Shown: positions 9,277 to 20,236, numbered from the stretch's first letter. The stretch: 64,000 bases of DNA from Cenarchaeum sp. (GCA_963692915.1 OY843584.1:1472001-1536000); one strand, 5' to 3'. Notes: generated from the sequence alone by a model not told the origin. Translations and numbers: made by a program.

Positions 9277-10342
9277 GGCGCGCAAGCGATCGGGCTCTGC
9301 GCTCGGTGAGCAGGGCTCTTGCAAGTATCGTGCGGCGTCCTGGCCGCAGTGACTGCGCCATGAGGAGGGCTCGCACGACATCATCCTCGCCTATTCCAAT
9401 GTCTGCGGCGCGCACGGGCGCACCGACTGCGGCGAGCGCGCGGCGTATGGCTTTCCAGTCCTGGCCCTGGAGGCTCGCAGTCATTATGGATCCAATGCCA
9501 CACTTTTCGCCGTGGAGCCCCATGCCGGGGGCAATCCTGTCAAGTGCGTGAGAAAAGAGGTGCTCGGCGCCCGAGCACGGCCTGCTGCTTCCGGCAATGC
9601 CGGCGGCCACGCCGGCGCTGATTAGGGCCTCCACGACAACGCGGACATTGGCACCGTCGCGCGCAAAGGCGCGCGCGTTGCCTATTACGGTCTGCGCTCC
9701 CATCCTAGCTAGGTTTGCCGCATACTCGCCGTAATATTCGCCCGTGTCATCACGCCCTATCTCCCAGTCGCGCACGGCAACAATGTTTGCGATGAGGTCG
9801 CCGCACCCGCTAGCAAGGAGCCTCGCCGGTGCCCTCTTGATGACTGCGATATCGACAAAGACGCCGAGGGGCGCGCCGGCGACTAGCGAGTGGGGCCTTG
9901 ATGATCCCCGGACCGAGACGAACGGGCTTGCAATCCCGTCATGCGAGGCCGCAGTGGGGACGCTGATAAACGGGACGCGCATCGTGTGGGCCGCCATCTT
10001 TGCCGCATCGACTGCGCGACCCCCCCCAACGCCGGCGACGAGGCGAGGCTTTTTGCGGCCCATCTCAGAGGCCAGGCCCGCCAGGGATCGCGCATCATTC
10101 TCCGGTGCGGCATGCCAGGAGACGCCCAGGCCCGCCCTGGCCATCGACGAGCCCACGGTTCGCCCAATGGCCCGCCGGACGTCAGGGCCGGCCACGATGG
10201 CCACCCTGCCGGCTCCTGTGAGCGAGGCGACAAAGGCCCCTAGGCGACCCATCGTCCCCTCGCCTATGGCTATCCGCCGTGGAAGCTCCATCGTGTGGGG
10301 CCGCGCGCGTGCGCGCGAGGTCCTGCCCCCGCTCATGGCCAC
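9260..10342 (-). CDS. egsA: sn-glycerol-1-phosphate dehydrogenase
   Basis: GVGGGRAVDAAK, PTAASHDGIASP, SRPCSGAEHLFSHALD and HGEKCG motifs; true start may be 10336 or 10291. Confidence 0.92.
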   Translation of the reverse strand: MAMSGGRTSRARARPHTMELPRRIAIGEGTMGRLGAFVASLTGAGRVAIVAGPDVRRAIGRTVGSSMARAGLGVSWHAAPENDARSLAGLASEMGRKKPRLVAGVGGGRAVDAAKMAAHTMRVPFISVPTAASHDGIASPFVSVRGSSRPHSLVAGAPLGVFVDIAVIKRAPARLLASGCGDLIANIVAVRDWEIGRDDTGEYYGEYAANLARMGAQTVIGNARAFARDGANVRVVVEALISAGVAAGIAGSSRPCSGAEHLFSHALDRIAPGMGLHGEKCGIGSIMTASLQGQDWKAIRRALAAVGAPVRAADIGIGEDDVVRALLMAQSLRPGRRTILARALLTERRARSLARLTRVA

Positions 10343-10401
10343 GCGTGGCCAAAAAGTTATTTAAAAGGGTGTCAGGCGCGTGAGGCCATCAGGGAGCATT
10401 T

Positions 10402-11031
10402 TTGTCAAGCGTAGAGAATCTCATACTTCACGGGACGACGACAGTCGGCATCAAGGCCGCCGACGGCGTCGTCCTCTGCGCTGACATGAGGGCCAGCGCG
10501 GGCTACTTTATCGCCAACAACAACACGATGAAGATACAGCGGATCGACGAGCACGCGGGCATGACGATGGCCGGAGGCGTCGCCGACGCGCAGAACATCA
10601 CTGACGCGCTGCGCTACCACGCCAGGCTCCATCGCGTCAGAAAGCAGCGCCCGATGCCGATACGCTCGATAACGCGCCTCGCCTCGCTCATATTCCACCA
10701 GAACCGCGGATACCCCTTTATCGCCGACATACTCGTCGGGGGCCATGACGAGGACGGGCCGGCCCTCTTTAACATCGACATGTTCGGCTCTGTTGAGCCA
10801 AAGACATACGTCACGACGGGCAGCGGCTCGCCAGTCGCCTATGGCCTCCTTGAGGAGGAGTATGCCGAGGGAATATCGATCGATGACGCAAAGCGCGTCG
10901 CATTTCGCGCCGTGAGCGCAGCGATTGCGCGCAACATCGGAACCGGCGACGGGATAAACGTCGCAACAGTCGACAAGAACGGCTTCCGCCTCCTCACCGT
11001 CGAGGAAAAGTCGGCATTGGGGAAGTCCTAA
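10402..11031 (+). CDS. psmB: Proteasome beta subunit
   Basis: Propeptide then G|TTTVG, AGGVADAQ and GSGS motifs. Confidence 0.95.
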   Translation: MSSVENLILHGTTTVGIKAADGVVLCADMRASAGYFIANNNTMKIQRIDEHAGMTMAGGVADAQNITDALRYHARLHRVRKQRPMPIRSITRLASLIFHQNRGYPFIADILVGGHDEDGPALFNIDMFGSVEPKTYVTTGSGSPVAYGLLEEEYAEGISIDDAKRVAFRAVSAAIARNIGTGDGINVATVDKNGFRLLTVEEKSALGKS

Positions 11032-11040
11032 AGATCACAC

Positions 11041-13002
11041 ATGCAACGCAAACAGCAGCCGCGCGGCAGGCCCGCAGGCCCAAAAAAGGAGCGAGTGTCC
11101 GGCCAGAATATCATGGCTGCCATACTCAAGGGAATACCCGCCGAGTCCGGCGTGCGCAAGATAGAGTACGAGGGTCCGCGCATCGCGCTATACACGGACA
11201 CGCCGCGATACCTCATAGAGCACAATGACATTATCTCCAATCTCGTAAACACGATCAAAAAGCGCATAGTCATACGCACGCTAGAAGAGTCGAGAAAGGC
11301 AGAAGATGCGGCGCGCCGCACACTAGTGGGCCTTGTTCCCAAGGAGGCCGGCATGCAGGGCATGTTCTTTGACGCGGCGACCGGAGAGGTCACGCTTGAG
11401 GCAAAGCGCCCCTGGCTCCTGCAAAAGGGCGCCTCGTCATTCAGCGCGGCTGACGCCGCCGAGAAGACGGGCTGGATACTGCGAATCAAAAAGGCGCCGA
11501 CGTTCCAGTCTAGCACGATCCAGGCGATAAACCACAGCCTAAAGGTGTCAGCAACAGAGCGCAGCAAGCAGCTAAAAAAGATCGGCGATGAGATATTTCG
11601 CTCGAGGATAACGACGCGCACGGACGTCTCGCTCTTTACGCTCGGCGGCTTTGGGCAGGTCGGCCGCTCGTGCATGCTCCTTGCGACGCCAGAAAGCAAG
11701 GTCCTCATCGACTGCGGCGTCAATCCCGGCGGCCGCACGCCGTCTGAGTCCTTTCCGCGCCTTGACTGGCTAAGCATGACAATAGACGACCTTGACGCAG
11801 TTGTCATCGGCCATGCGCACCTTGACCACACGGGATTCCTCCCCGTCCTCTGCAAGTATGGGTACAGGGGTCCAATATACTGCACAGAGCCGACGCTGCC
11901 CATGATGAACCTCATACAGCTCGACGCGATAAAGGTCGCCGCCGCGCAGGGCCGCACGCCAATGTACTCAGAGCCAGACGTGAGGCAGATAATGAGGCAG
12001 ACGATCACGCTCCCGTACGGCACGGTCACTGACATATCGCCGGACATAAAGCTCGTCCTGGCAAACGCGGGCCATATCGTCGGCTCGGCACTCTGCCACT
12101 TTCACATAGGCAACGGGGATCACAACTTTGTCTATTCGGGGGACATAAAGTTCGCCAAGAGCGCGCTATTTGAGGCGGCGAGCTGGAACTTTCCGAGGGC
12201 CGAGACGCTCCTCATCGAGTCGACATATGGCGCAAAGGAGGACATACAGCCCTCGCGCCAGGAAGTCGAGACGCTCTTTGTCAGGCTAGTCAACGAGACG
12301 CTCAACGCAGGCGGCAAGGTCATAATCCCGATACCCGCAGTGGGGCGCGCGCAGGAGATAATGATGGTAATAGACGGATACATGAAGTCCGGCCAGATGA
12401 CTGAGGCGCCGGTGTTTACCGAGGGCATGATAACTGAGGCCTCTGCAATCCACGAGACGCACCCTGACTATCTCGCGCGCGAGCTGCGCCAAAAGATACT
12501 AGAGACGGATGACAACCCGTTTGACTCTGAATATTTCACAAACATCGAGCATGCCAATGCGCGAGACGAGCCGCTGCGCGAGGGCTCACCATGCATCATC
12601 ATGGCAACATCGGGCATGCTAGAGGGCGGCCCAATACTCGAGTACTTTCGCGAGCTCGTCACCGATGAGCGCAACCTCCTTCTCTTTGTGTCGTACCAGG
12701 TCAACGGAACGCTCGGGAGGCGCGTCCTTGATGGCGCAAAGCAGGTCTCGCTCCTTGGCAAGGGCGGCAAGGTCAGCGTTGTTAGCGTAAAGTCAAGGAT
12801 GGAAAAGCTCGACGGCTTTAGCGGCCACAGCGACTATAACCAGCTAATGTCGTTCGTGCAGAGGCTGCGCCCAAAGCTGCGGCGCGTTCTTGTCAACCAC
12901 GGAGAACGACGCAAGTCAGACAACCTGTCAGCATCCATCCGGAGACTCTACAGAATTCCTGCCCACAATCCACAGATACAAGAAGCGATCAGGCTATTTT
13001 AG
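11041..13002 (+). CDS. fttA: Beta-CASP ribonuclease aCPSF1 (transcription termination factor FttA)
   Basis: N-terminal KH region, HAHLDH, AGHI and GFSGHSD motifs; follows psmB as is usual in archaea. Confidence 0.93.
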   Translation: MQRKQQPRGRPAGPKKERVSGQNIMAAILKGIPAESGVRKIEYEGPRIALYTDTPRYLIEHNDIISNLVNTIKKRIVIRTLEESRKAEDAARRTLVGLVPKEAGMQGMFFDAATGEVTLEAKRPWLLQKGASSFSAADAAEKTGWILRIKKAPTFQSSTIQAINHSLKVSATERSKQLKKIGDEIFRSRITTRTDVSLFTLGGFGQVGRSCMLLATPESKVLIDCGVNPGGRTPSESFPRLDWLSMTIDDLDAVVIGHAHLDHTGFLPVLCKYGYRGPIYCTEPTLPMMNLIQLDAIKVAAAQGRTPMYSEPDVRQIMRQTITLPYGTVTDISPDIKLVLANAGHIVGSALCHFHIGNGDHNFVYSGDIKFAKSALFEAASWNFPRAETLLIESTYGAKEDIQPSRQEVETLFVRLVNETLNAGGKVIIPIPAVGRAQEIMMVIDGYMKSGQMTEAPVFTEGMITEASAIHETHPDYLARELRQKILETDDNPFDSEYFTNIEHANARDEPLREGSPCIIMATSGMLEGGPILEYFRELVTDERNLLLFVSYQVNGTLGRRVLDGAKQVSLLGKGGKVSVVSVKSRMEKLDGFSGHSDYNQLMSFVQRLRPKLRRVLVNHGERRKSDNLSASIRRLYRIPAHNPQIQEAIRLF

Positions 13003-13272
13003 GCCATAGTCTGGCTTCCAGATCTTTATCCTTGATGGCGTGACGATTATGCGCTCCTCGCCGAGGCGCGCAATGTCATAGCCGTTCTCCTTTGCGAGCG
13101 CATAGAGCTCCGAGACGAGCGCGCGCAGCTTTGTGACGTCCTTGTTTGCCAACGGCGTAACGCGGAGTATGAGGACCATGCCTCCCTTGACGTCCTCCCT
13201 TATCTGGCGCATGTCGCTAGGGTCGCGTATCGTGATGGCCTTGAGGTATGTCGGCGCTTCTTGCCTCTGCAT
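12994..13272 (-). CDS. sepF: Cell division protein SepF (DUF552)
   Basis: Short protein ending in DIARLGEERIIVTP. Confidence 0.8.
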   Translation of the reverse strand: MQRQEAPTYLKAITIRDPSDMRQIREDVKGGMVLILRVTPLANKDVTKLRALVSELYALAKENGYDIARLGEERIIVTPSRIKIWKPDYGLK

Positions 13273-13326
13273 CGTGTCCGTGCTCGTGGCCTTCCCCTTG
13301 AAATACCTTTTTTTGCCCCTGCGCGC

Positions 13327-14325
13327 CTAGAGCATGACTCCGGCGTAGGACTCCTCGCGAGCCGGACCCACGACGAGCTCGCCGGCGCGGGCACCGGCAA
13401 GTCTTACCTTGCCGTCCTCGCCGGCCGGTGAGTCCGAGTAGCGCAGCGTGACAGACGCACAAAACTCAACGTGTTCGCCGGCGTCAGCTCCGCGAACAAG
13501 CGAGACTGGCCCGACGTGATCTGCGGCCTCGAGGACAATGTCGTCGGGAAGTGCTAGCGCGCGTATGGTCTCGTTTTCTTCATGGTTTCTGCCAACGATA
13601 AGGCGCGCGTTATCGCCTAGCCTAAAGTGGCGGCCGACCTTTAGCAAGTCGACGTCGTTTATTGTAGGTGTCTGCGTGTGCGCAAAGAGATCCTTTGCGC
13701 GCCGACCAAACGACTTGTCAGTCAGGAGACACCCACCGCCTGCGTTTGGCGGGTTTGCAATGCCGTACTCGCGCGCCATGCGCAGCTGTGATCGACGGCT
13801 CCTGCCCCTGATCATGCCGAGGTCCTCGCGTCGTATGAGGCCATCGCGCTCGGCATCAGTCTCCGGAAGGAGCGCGCCGCTGAGCGGGCGCACTATCTTG
13901 CCCTGGAGTTTTGAGTCCTTTTCTATGATCCTCATTGCGTCACGGTGCTGGCTCATCGGGCGCTGGCCCAAAACCTCGCCGGATATGACAAACTCGGCGC
14001 CAATCTCCTCCATGCGCTCCTTGGCCGCATCGAACATCATCGCGCGGCAGTCGACACACGGGTTCATGCCGGCTCCGATCCCGTGCTTTGGCTTTTTTAG
14101 CATCTCGATATACTCGTCACCGAGATATACTGTCTTTAGGTCGACGCCGAGCTCCTCGGCCCTCTCCCTGATCTCAAAGCCGCACCCGCGCCCGCAGTCA
14201 AAGTCGCAGAACGGCGTCTTTATGGCGACTGCCGAGACCTCAAAGCCTCGATCCTGCATCATGCGCACGGCCAGCTGGCTGTCGAGTCCCCCCGAGAGCA
14301 GCGCGACGACCTTTTTCTTGGCCAT
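13327..14325 (-). CDS. tRNA thiolation PP-loop ATPase (ThiI/MnmA-like, DUF814-type C-terminus)
   Basis: SGGLDS, NPCVDC, GEVLGQRPMSQ, GGGCLLTD and GRHFR motifs. Confidence 0.8.
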   Translation of the reverse strand: MAKKKVVALLSGGLDSQLAVRMMQDRGFEVSAVAIKTPFCDFDCGRGCGFEIRERAEELGVDLKTVYLGDEYIEMLKKPKHGIGAGMNPCVDCRAMMFDAAKERMEEIGAEFVISGEVLGQRPMSQHRDAMRIIEKDSKLQGKIVRPLSGALLPETDAERDGLIRREDLGMIRGRSRRSQLRMAREYGIANPPNAGGGCLLTDKSFGRRAKDLFAHTQTPTINDVDLLKVGRHFRLGDNARLIVGRNHEENETIRALALPDDIVLEAADHVGPVSLVRGADAGEHVEFCASVTLRYSDSPAGEDGKVRLAGARAGELVVGPAREESYAGVML

Positions 14326-14456
14326 TCTAGCCGACGCGCGCGCCGGACCGCCTTATACGACTTTGCCACCGGCAGCCCACGTGGGTCTCGTGCATGGATT
14401 CGGGTCAAGCGACCCGCGTTCAACAGAGATAAATGGCAATATGCGCGCAGCGTGCC

Positions 14457-15521
14457 ATGAAGAAGCGCAGGGCCAGGCTCATGGCTCACGCACGCGAGGC
14501 CGGCGCCGGCGCGCTCGTCGCATACGAGCCAGAAAACCTCTTCTACATGACGGGGTTCTGGGGCGAGGCCACGGGAGTCCTGGGCGAGGACGGCCGCACG
14601 ACCATCGTCGCGCCGGCTCTCGAGGCCGAGAGGGCCGAGCGTGACTCTGTTGACTGTGAGGTCATATCAACGGAGCGTGGCGCGCCGATGGCCCGCACGC
14701 TCTCCTCACTTGTCAGCAAGGGCGTCATATGCACGGACTGCCGCGATCCGGCCGCGCTGCGCGAGCTCAAAAAGGCAAGCGACGAGGCCAGGCAAGACGA
14801 CACTCCATTCACCGAGTCGCGCATGATAAAGGACGTGCATGAGGTTCGCGCGCTCCAGCACGCGTCTGCAGTCATCGACAGGATGTTTGAGCTCTGCACA
14901 AAGATCATGTCTGCCGGAATGCGCGAGTCCGAGCTTCAGGCAAAGCTAATGTCGTATGCTGCTGAGAACGAGCTTTTTGACACGGGATACAGGTACACGA
15001 CAAACCCGCTTATCATAGCGAGCGGCCCGAACTCTGCGCTGCCACACGCACAGGTAACGCAGAGAAAGTTTGAGCGCGGAGACCTTGTCACCGTAGATAT
15101 CACGCTGCGCTATCGTGGGTATGTGTCTGATGCAACGCGCACATTTGGTATCGGCTCTGTAGGCGACAAGCAGCGTGAGGTCTATGCGATTGTAAAGGAG
15201 GCTCAGGAGCGCGGACTGGACGCGCTTGCGCTAAACGCGTCGTGCAAGTCGATAGACTCGGCATGTCGCGACCACATATTCTCAGAAGGGTACGGCGCGC
15301 GCTTTGTCCACTCGACGGGGCACGGCATTGGCCTTGACGTGCACGAGGAGCCTTCGATCTCGGCGCGCAGCACGCGCGACCTGGTGAGGGGCATGACAAT
15401 AACAGTCGAGCCTGGAATATACGTCCCGCGAACGTTTGGGGTGAGAATAGAGGACTCTGTCATTGTGCGCAAGAGGCCAGCTGCGCTCCACGAGTTCACA
15501 AAGGATCTAGTTGTCATCTGA
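14457..15521 (+). CDS. Xaa-Pro aminopeptidase (M24 family)
   Basis: SALPH, YVSDATRT, HSTGHGIGLDVHE and EPGIY..GVRIED motifs. Confidence 0.92.
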   Translation: MKKRRARLMAHAREAGAGALVAYEPENLFYMTGFWGEATGVLGEDGRTTIVAPALEAERAERDSVDCEVISTERGAPMARTLSSLVSKGVICTDCRDPAALRELKKASDEARQDDTPFTESRMIKDVHEVRALQHASAVIDRMFELCTKIMSAGMRESELQAKLMSYAAENELFDTGYRYTTNPLIIASGPNSALPHAQVTQRKFERGDLVTVDITLRYRGYVSDATRTFGIGSVGDKQREVYAIVKEAQERGLDALALNASCKSIDSACRDHIFSEGYGARFVHSTGHGIGLDVHEEPSISARSTRDLVRGMTITVEPGIYVPRTFGVRIEDSVIVRKRPAALHEFTKDLVVI

Positions 15522-16745
15522 GGCAACGCGTGCCTCGATGGCGACTCGCACAGCGCGCGCAAGCTCGGCGGCCGTGCGCCTGCGCCGCGGGCCGGCCTTT
15601 TTGCCGCGCTCTAGGATGACTGTCGCGCGCCGGCTCCCCGCGCGCGCCCCGACATCATTGGCCACGATAATGTCCGCATCGCACCCTGCCATCTTTGAGC
15701 GCGCAGACGAGACGAGCCTTGCGTGCGAGACGCCTGCCTCGGCCTTGAAGGCCACGATGACGGCCCTCGGGCACGCGCTGCGGATGCCGTCGACTATCTT
15801 GGGCGTGGGCACGAGCTTGAGCGTGATGGCGGCCCGCCGGCTCGGCATCTTTGAGCGTGACTGCGAGGATGGGGCATAGTCTGACACGGCCGCTGCCATG
15901 ACGACAATGTCAGCACCTGCGCGCAGCTCGGCCTTTACGGCGCGCGCCATCTCGGCAGCACCAGTCACGTTGGTGACTCCGATGCCCTCGGGCGGGCGCA
16001 CGCACGCCGGCCCGTAGACCATCCGCACGCGCGCGCCGGCGGCGGCGAGCTCGGAGGCCACGAGCGTGCCCGTCTCGCCCGTGCTGTGCGACACTATGGA
16101 CCGGACCGCGTCGATGCGCTCAGAGGTCGGGCCGGCCACAACGAGTGCGCGCTTGCCGCGCAGGGCCGTCGAGGCGCCCAGGACTACTAGTGCGCGACGC
16201 AGGACGGCCTCAGGCTCGGGAGCCTTTGCCTTTCCCTCCAGGATCGTCGGCTCGACGAACTCTATGCTCTTGCGCAGGAATGCCGTGTTGCGCCGCACGG
16301 CCGGATTTGCGTGCATCGAGGCGTGCATTGCCATGCACGCGATGATCGGTATCTTTGAGCCAAGGGCCACTGTCAGGACAGTCGCCACCGGCGTGTCATC
16401 TATCCCCGAGGCGAGCTTGCCTATCGTGTTGGCAGTTGCCGGATACACGACGACGAGGTCAGACCTGCCATAGTCGGCAAGCTCGACGTGCTCGAGCCTT
16501 CCGGTGAGCCTGGTGACTGGCGCATTGCCGGTGGCCCATCGAAAGTACTCTGGCCTTATGAGACGCGTTGCCGCAGAGCTAAGCACGCACGTGACGTCGG
16601 CCCCGTGGCGCATGAGGAGGCGCGCGACGTCTATGGCCCTGTATGCGGCGACGCTGCCGGCCACGCAGAGAACGACCCTCCTTCCGGCGAGGCCAGAGCC
16701 CTCCGAGCCGGTGATGTCCTTTGCGACGGCGCGCCTTGCCATCAT
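15507..16745 (-). CDS. coaBC: Bifunctional phosphopantothenoylcysteine decarboxylase/phosphopantothenate-cysteine ligase
   Basis: GSVAAY, PATANTIGK, AAVSDY, FKAE and ANDV motifs. Confidence 0.92.
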   Translation of the reverse strand: MMARRAVAKDITGSEGSGLAGRRVVLCVAGSVAAYRAIDVARLLMRHGADVTCVLSSAATRLIRPEYFRWATGNAPVTRLTGRLEHVELADYGRSDLVVVYPATANTIGKLASGIDDTPVATVLTVALGSKIPIIACMAMHASMHANPAVRRNTAFLRKSIEFVEPTILEGKAKAPEPEAVLRRALVVLGASTALRGKRALVVAGPTSERIDAVRSIVSHSTGETGTLVASELAAAGARVRMVYGPACVRPPEGIGVTNVTGAAEMARAVKAELRAGADIVVMAAAVSDYAPSSQSRSKMPSRRAAITLKLVPTPKIVDGIRSACPRAVIVAFKAEAGVSHARLVSSARSKMAGCDADIIVANDVGARAGSRRATVILERGKKAGPRRRRTAAELARAVRVAIEARVASDDN

Positions 16746-17530
16746 GTGCCCCCCATCGAGAACGAGTGGGCCTCTGAGGGAAACGCGCCAGACTCGACAT
16801 CATTGCGGTACTCAGACGCGGCAGCCGTTATCTCTGAGGCGAGGTCGCGATACCTCTTTGCAAACGATGGCCGAATGCGCTCGTACATGCCGAGCATGTC
16901 ATGCGCGACGAGAACCTGCCCGTCACACGAGGATCCCGAGCCGATCCCAATGGTCGGGATGCCAACTGACGCAGTCACGTCTGCGGCGGCCTCCGAGCTG
17001 ACCATCTCTAGGACCATCGCAAACGCGCCGGCGGACTCTAGTGCGCGCGCCGCACCGACGAGGCCTGCGGCATCCTCGCGCGTGAGCCCGTGCCTCCTGG
17101 TTCCCGTCGACGTCTGCGGCTGGTAGCCGATGTGGCCCATGACTGGCACTCCCGAGGCGACGATCGCAGCAACTTGCGCGCAGACCTCTGTGCCGCCCTC
17201 GACTTTTACGCCCTGCGCGCCGGCTGCAACTAGCGCACGCGCGCCAGAGACGGCCGAGTCCTCATTGTCATATGACCCGATTGGCATGTCTGAGACAACA
17301 AGGGCCTGTGCGCGTGCTGCGGCCACTGCGCGCGTAAAGAGGGCCATCTCGTCCATGCTGACACCGTGCGTAGAGTCCTGCCCCATGATCACCATTCCTG
17401 CACTGTCGCCGACTAGGAGAATGTCGATTCTGGCGCGATCAAGGAGCGTGGCCATCGTCGCGTCATACGCAGTCACGCACGATATCCTCCTTTTGCCCTT
17501 TAGGGCCGTGATCTCCCTAGCAGAGGCCAC
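16742..17530 (-). CDS. panB: 3-methyl-2-oxobutanoate hydroxymethyltransferase
   Basis: TAYD, LVGDS, VKVEGG and GQVLV.HDMLG motifs. Confidence 0.93.
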   Translation of the reverse strand: MASAREITALKGKRRISCVTAYDATMATLLDRARIDILLVGDSAGMVIMGQDSTHGVSMDEMALFTRAVAAARAQALVVSDMPIGSYDNEDSAVSGARALVAAGAQGVKVEGGTEVCAQVAAIVASGVPVMGHIGYQPQTSTGTRRHGLTREDAAGLVGAARALESAGAFAMVLEMVSSEAAADVTASVGIPTIGIGSGSSCDGQVLVAHDMLGMYERIRPSFAKRYRDLASEITAAASEYRNDVESGAFPSEAHSFSMGGT

Positions 17531-18287
17531 GGCCGGCCATCCTCCCTAGGCGCACGTTGATGTCATGTATGTGCCCTGCGAGGGCCCCGGCGTTGTCGTG
17601 TGCGGCGACGATTCGCGCGAGCCGGCTGCCGCTCGCATGCCGCAGAGTCGAGCAGCGCGAGGCGAGCAGGCCCATGGCCCGCACGACATTGTCGACTATG
17701 GTGATGTCTGCGGCCCGCGCGGTCCGCGAGAGCGGGTTGAGGTCTATGGCGATGACTCGCTTGCCTGCCCGCACTAGGGCCTCGGCGCGGTCGCCGTCCT
17801 CGAGGGGAACGAGGACGACGTCAGCGGCGGCGATGCCGCGTGAGTCGATGATGCGCCGCGCCGAGTCTAGGCCACCGAGCCTCACCTGCGAGGATCGCGA
17901 GACGCCAAGAACCCCGCGCGCGCCGAGGGACGCAAGGCGCGCGGCTATCTTTTTGCGGCGCGCGGTGCTGTCATAGAACAGGTTTACCTCTAGGCGCGCA
18001 CCGGCTGCGCGCGCAACGCCGATGGCCTCCCTTGCGCAGAGTGCGGCCACGTTGCCGTTGACCGAGACGACGGGCCGCTCGGCGAGGAGGAGCATTGCGG
18101 CGGCCGCACTGATCGACGAGCGCGCGCGCCGGCCCGTGCGCTCGCCGAGGAGATAGTCAAATGCCTCGCCGCGGCCATGCGCAATGAGGCCCTCATGGGC
18201 CACGAGTCCGGCACCAAACCCGGAGACGAGGCCCTCGCGGATGCGCAGCGACTCGGCGCGCGGATGTGATCGCGGAATGTGGCCCAT
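17517..18287 (-). CDS. pps: Phosphopantothenate synthetase (archaeal)
   Basis: HPRAESL, AHGRGEAFDYL, VPLEDGDR and IDLNPLSRT motifs; start MGHIP. Confidence 0.9.
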   Translation of the reverse strand: MGHIPRSHPRAESLRIREGLVSGFGAGLVAHEGLIAHGRGEAFDYLLGERTGRRARSSISAAAAMLLLAERPVVSVNGNVAALCAREAIGVARAAGARLEVNLFYDSTARRKKIAARLASLGARGVLGVSRSSQVRLGGLDSARRIIDSRGIAAADVVLVPLEDGDRAEALVRAGKRVIAIDLNPLSRTARAADITIVDNVVRAMGLLASRCSTLRHASGSRLARIVAAHDNAGALAGHIHDINVRLGRMAGRGLC

Positions 18288-18301
18288 CGTGCCAGCACCG
18301 A

Positions 18302-19186
18302 CTATTCGAGGCGCGCTCCGGCATTGTCGACACTTGAGCGCAAGACCTGCCCGCCGCGTGAGCCGAGTATGCGCAGCGCGCGCGACTCTGAGCCAGAGTC
18401 GACCATGGCAAAGACCGTCTCGCCAAAGAGCGCAACGCCGCACGCAATCCCCGCATCGCGCAGCGCTTCCATCACGTCGCGCATGCGTGGCGTGATGACA
18501 TTGATGTATCCGGCAAAGCGTGCTGACATGTCCTGAAATGCCCGACTGTCACGCGACGAGCGGAGCTCCTCGACCATCCTGCCGCCCAGGCCGTTTATGC
18601 TCTCTATCCTGTCTGTGATAAAGTCGTGCGTTGACATTGGCGCAAAGCACACGAGGGCGACGCGCGAGTCAGACGGTGTCCTCTCCACAATGCCAACGCC
18701 GGGCGCGCCAGCAGTCGTCCTGATCTCAAATCCGCCATCAAGCGCGCCGGCAACATCGCCGAGGCCTGTTCTGCACTCGATCTCGGCAGTGTGCGCGACC
18801 TGTGCGGCGCGCTGGCGCGAGAGGCCAGTCTCTAGCGCGGCGTTTAGCGCGAGCGAGAGCGAGAGCGCAACGGCGGCACTCGAGCCGAGACCATAGCCGA
18901 CTGGCACGCCGATCTCGTGGTGAACCCTAATGGAGTGGGGGCGCTCCAAGAGCGCCTCATACCTGGCGATCACGGCCTTTGAGACGGCAGTGTCTGCAGG
19001 ACTGTGGCCGCTGGTGTGTATGTCGCTCTTTGGAGCCGCTGACGGCTCGGCCTCGACGACGGTCCGAACGCCGTGCGCGATCGAGAATCCGGCTCCCATC
19101 GAGCCGGCCCTGAGCGCGTCGGCCGTGTCCATCTCGGCCTTGAAGAAGCCTGTGATGTGCGCCGGGCAGAATGCCACACCCCTCAT
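18302..19186 (-). CDS. pok: Pantoate kinase (GHMP family)
   Basis: PAHITGFF, PVGYGLGSSAA and TGLGDV motifs; first gene of the CoA operon. Confidence 0.9.
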   Translation of the reverse strand: MRGVAFCPAHITGFFKAEMDTADALRAGSMGAGFSIAHGVRTVVEAEPSAAPKSDIHTSGHSPADTAVSKAVIARYEALLERPHSIRVHHEIGVPVGYGLGSSAAVALSLSLALNAALETGLSRQRAAQVAHTAEIECRTGLGDVAGALDGGFEIRTTAGAPGVGIVERTPSDSRVALVCFAPMSTHDFITDRIESINGLGGRMVEELRSSRDSRAFQDMSARFAGYINVITPRMRDVMEALRDAGIACGVALFGETVFAMVDSGSESRALRILGSRGGQVLRSSVDNAGARLE

Positions 19187-19249
19187 GCGTGAGCCTAAAT
19201 TATGGGCAAAATATAAAAATACGGATTAAATCCCCTAAACCAGTTTAAA

Positions 19250-20236
19250 TTGGCTAAATTCCGCCGACGCCTACAGAGGATTGGGAGCAGCACACTCGTC
19301 TCGCTGCCAAAGGAGTGGGTCGATGCCAACTCGCTCGCAAAGGGCGCCGAAGTCGGCCTCGAGACCGAGCGCGACACGCTCGTCCTGAGCGCTGCCGGCG
19401 AGTCGACGCCGGCGCGCGAGCTCGAGATATCATACCCCCTGCCCGGCAGGGAGAACATTGTCGCAAACATCACGGGCGCATACCTCCTAGGGTATGACAT
19501 TATCCGCATCGCCGGCGAGGGCGACATTCCGGCAGCAGACCACGACAACATACGCCACGCGATGAGGCGCCTCGTCGGCATGGAGATAGTCGAGGAGAGC
19601 GGCCAGGGAGTGAGCATGCAGTTTCTGCCAGATGCGACGACACTCCGGCCGCAGATGATACTAAAGAGGATGAACGCGATTGTGGTGGGCATGCATGGCG
19701 AGATACTCGCGGCGATAAAGTCACGCGACCGGTCTGGACTGCGCGCGCTTGCGAGCAGGGATGACGAGGTCAACCGGCAGTACTTTTTGCTCGTCCGCCT
19801 CATACGCAGCGTCATGACCGACCGGCGCCTTGCCAGCGCGTTTAGCCTCGCGAACATCGACGTTCTTGACTATCGCATTGCGGCAAACCTCGTCGAGGGG
19901 GCAGGTGACGCAGTAGTCGAGCTCGCCAATGCGCTCGCCGAGACGACGGTTCCGCAGGCCGACCTGACTAGAATGCATGACATGGCCAAAAACTCTGCGC
20001 GCGTCGCCGACCTTGCAGTCGAGGCGCTCGTCACGCGCAGCCGTGCCACTGCGATCGAGGCCATACGCGAGCACCGCGAGTTCCAGAAAAAGATAGCCTC
20101 GCTGAGGTCATCCCTCGATCGGCGCGGCGGGGTTCAGCTTGACTATCTTGACATTCTGCACATGTTTGAGCGTGTCGAGCGCTCGTGGGCTGACGTGGCC
20201 GACCTTATCACGCCAGACTATGGGGAGCGCGAGTAG
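19250..20236 (+). CDS. AbrB-PhoU phosphate uptake regulator
   Basis: N-terminal RRLQRIG..SLPKEW AbrB domain plus PhoU repeats (DDEVNRQY). Confidence 0.85.
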   Translation: MAKFRRRLQRIGSSTLVSLPKEWVDANSLAKGAEVGLETERDTLVLSAAGESTPARELEISYPLPGRENIVANITGAYLLGYDIIRIAGEGDIPAADHDNIRHAMRRLVGMEIVEESGQGVSMQFLPDATTLRPQMILKRMNAIVVGMHGEILAAIKSRDRSGLRALASRDDEVNRQYFLLVRLIRSVMTDRRLASAFSLANIDVLDYRIAANLVEGAGDAVVELANALAETTVPQADLTRMHDMAKNSARVADLAVEALVTRSRATAIEAIREHREFQKKIASLRSSLDRRGGVQLDYLDILHMFERVERSWADVADLITPDYGERE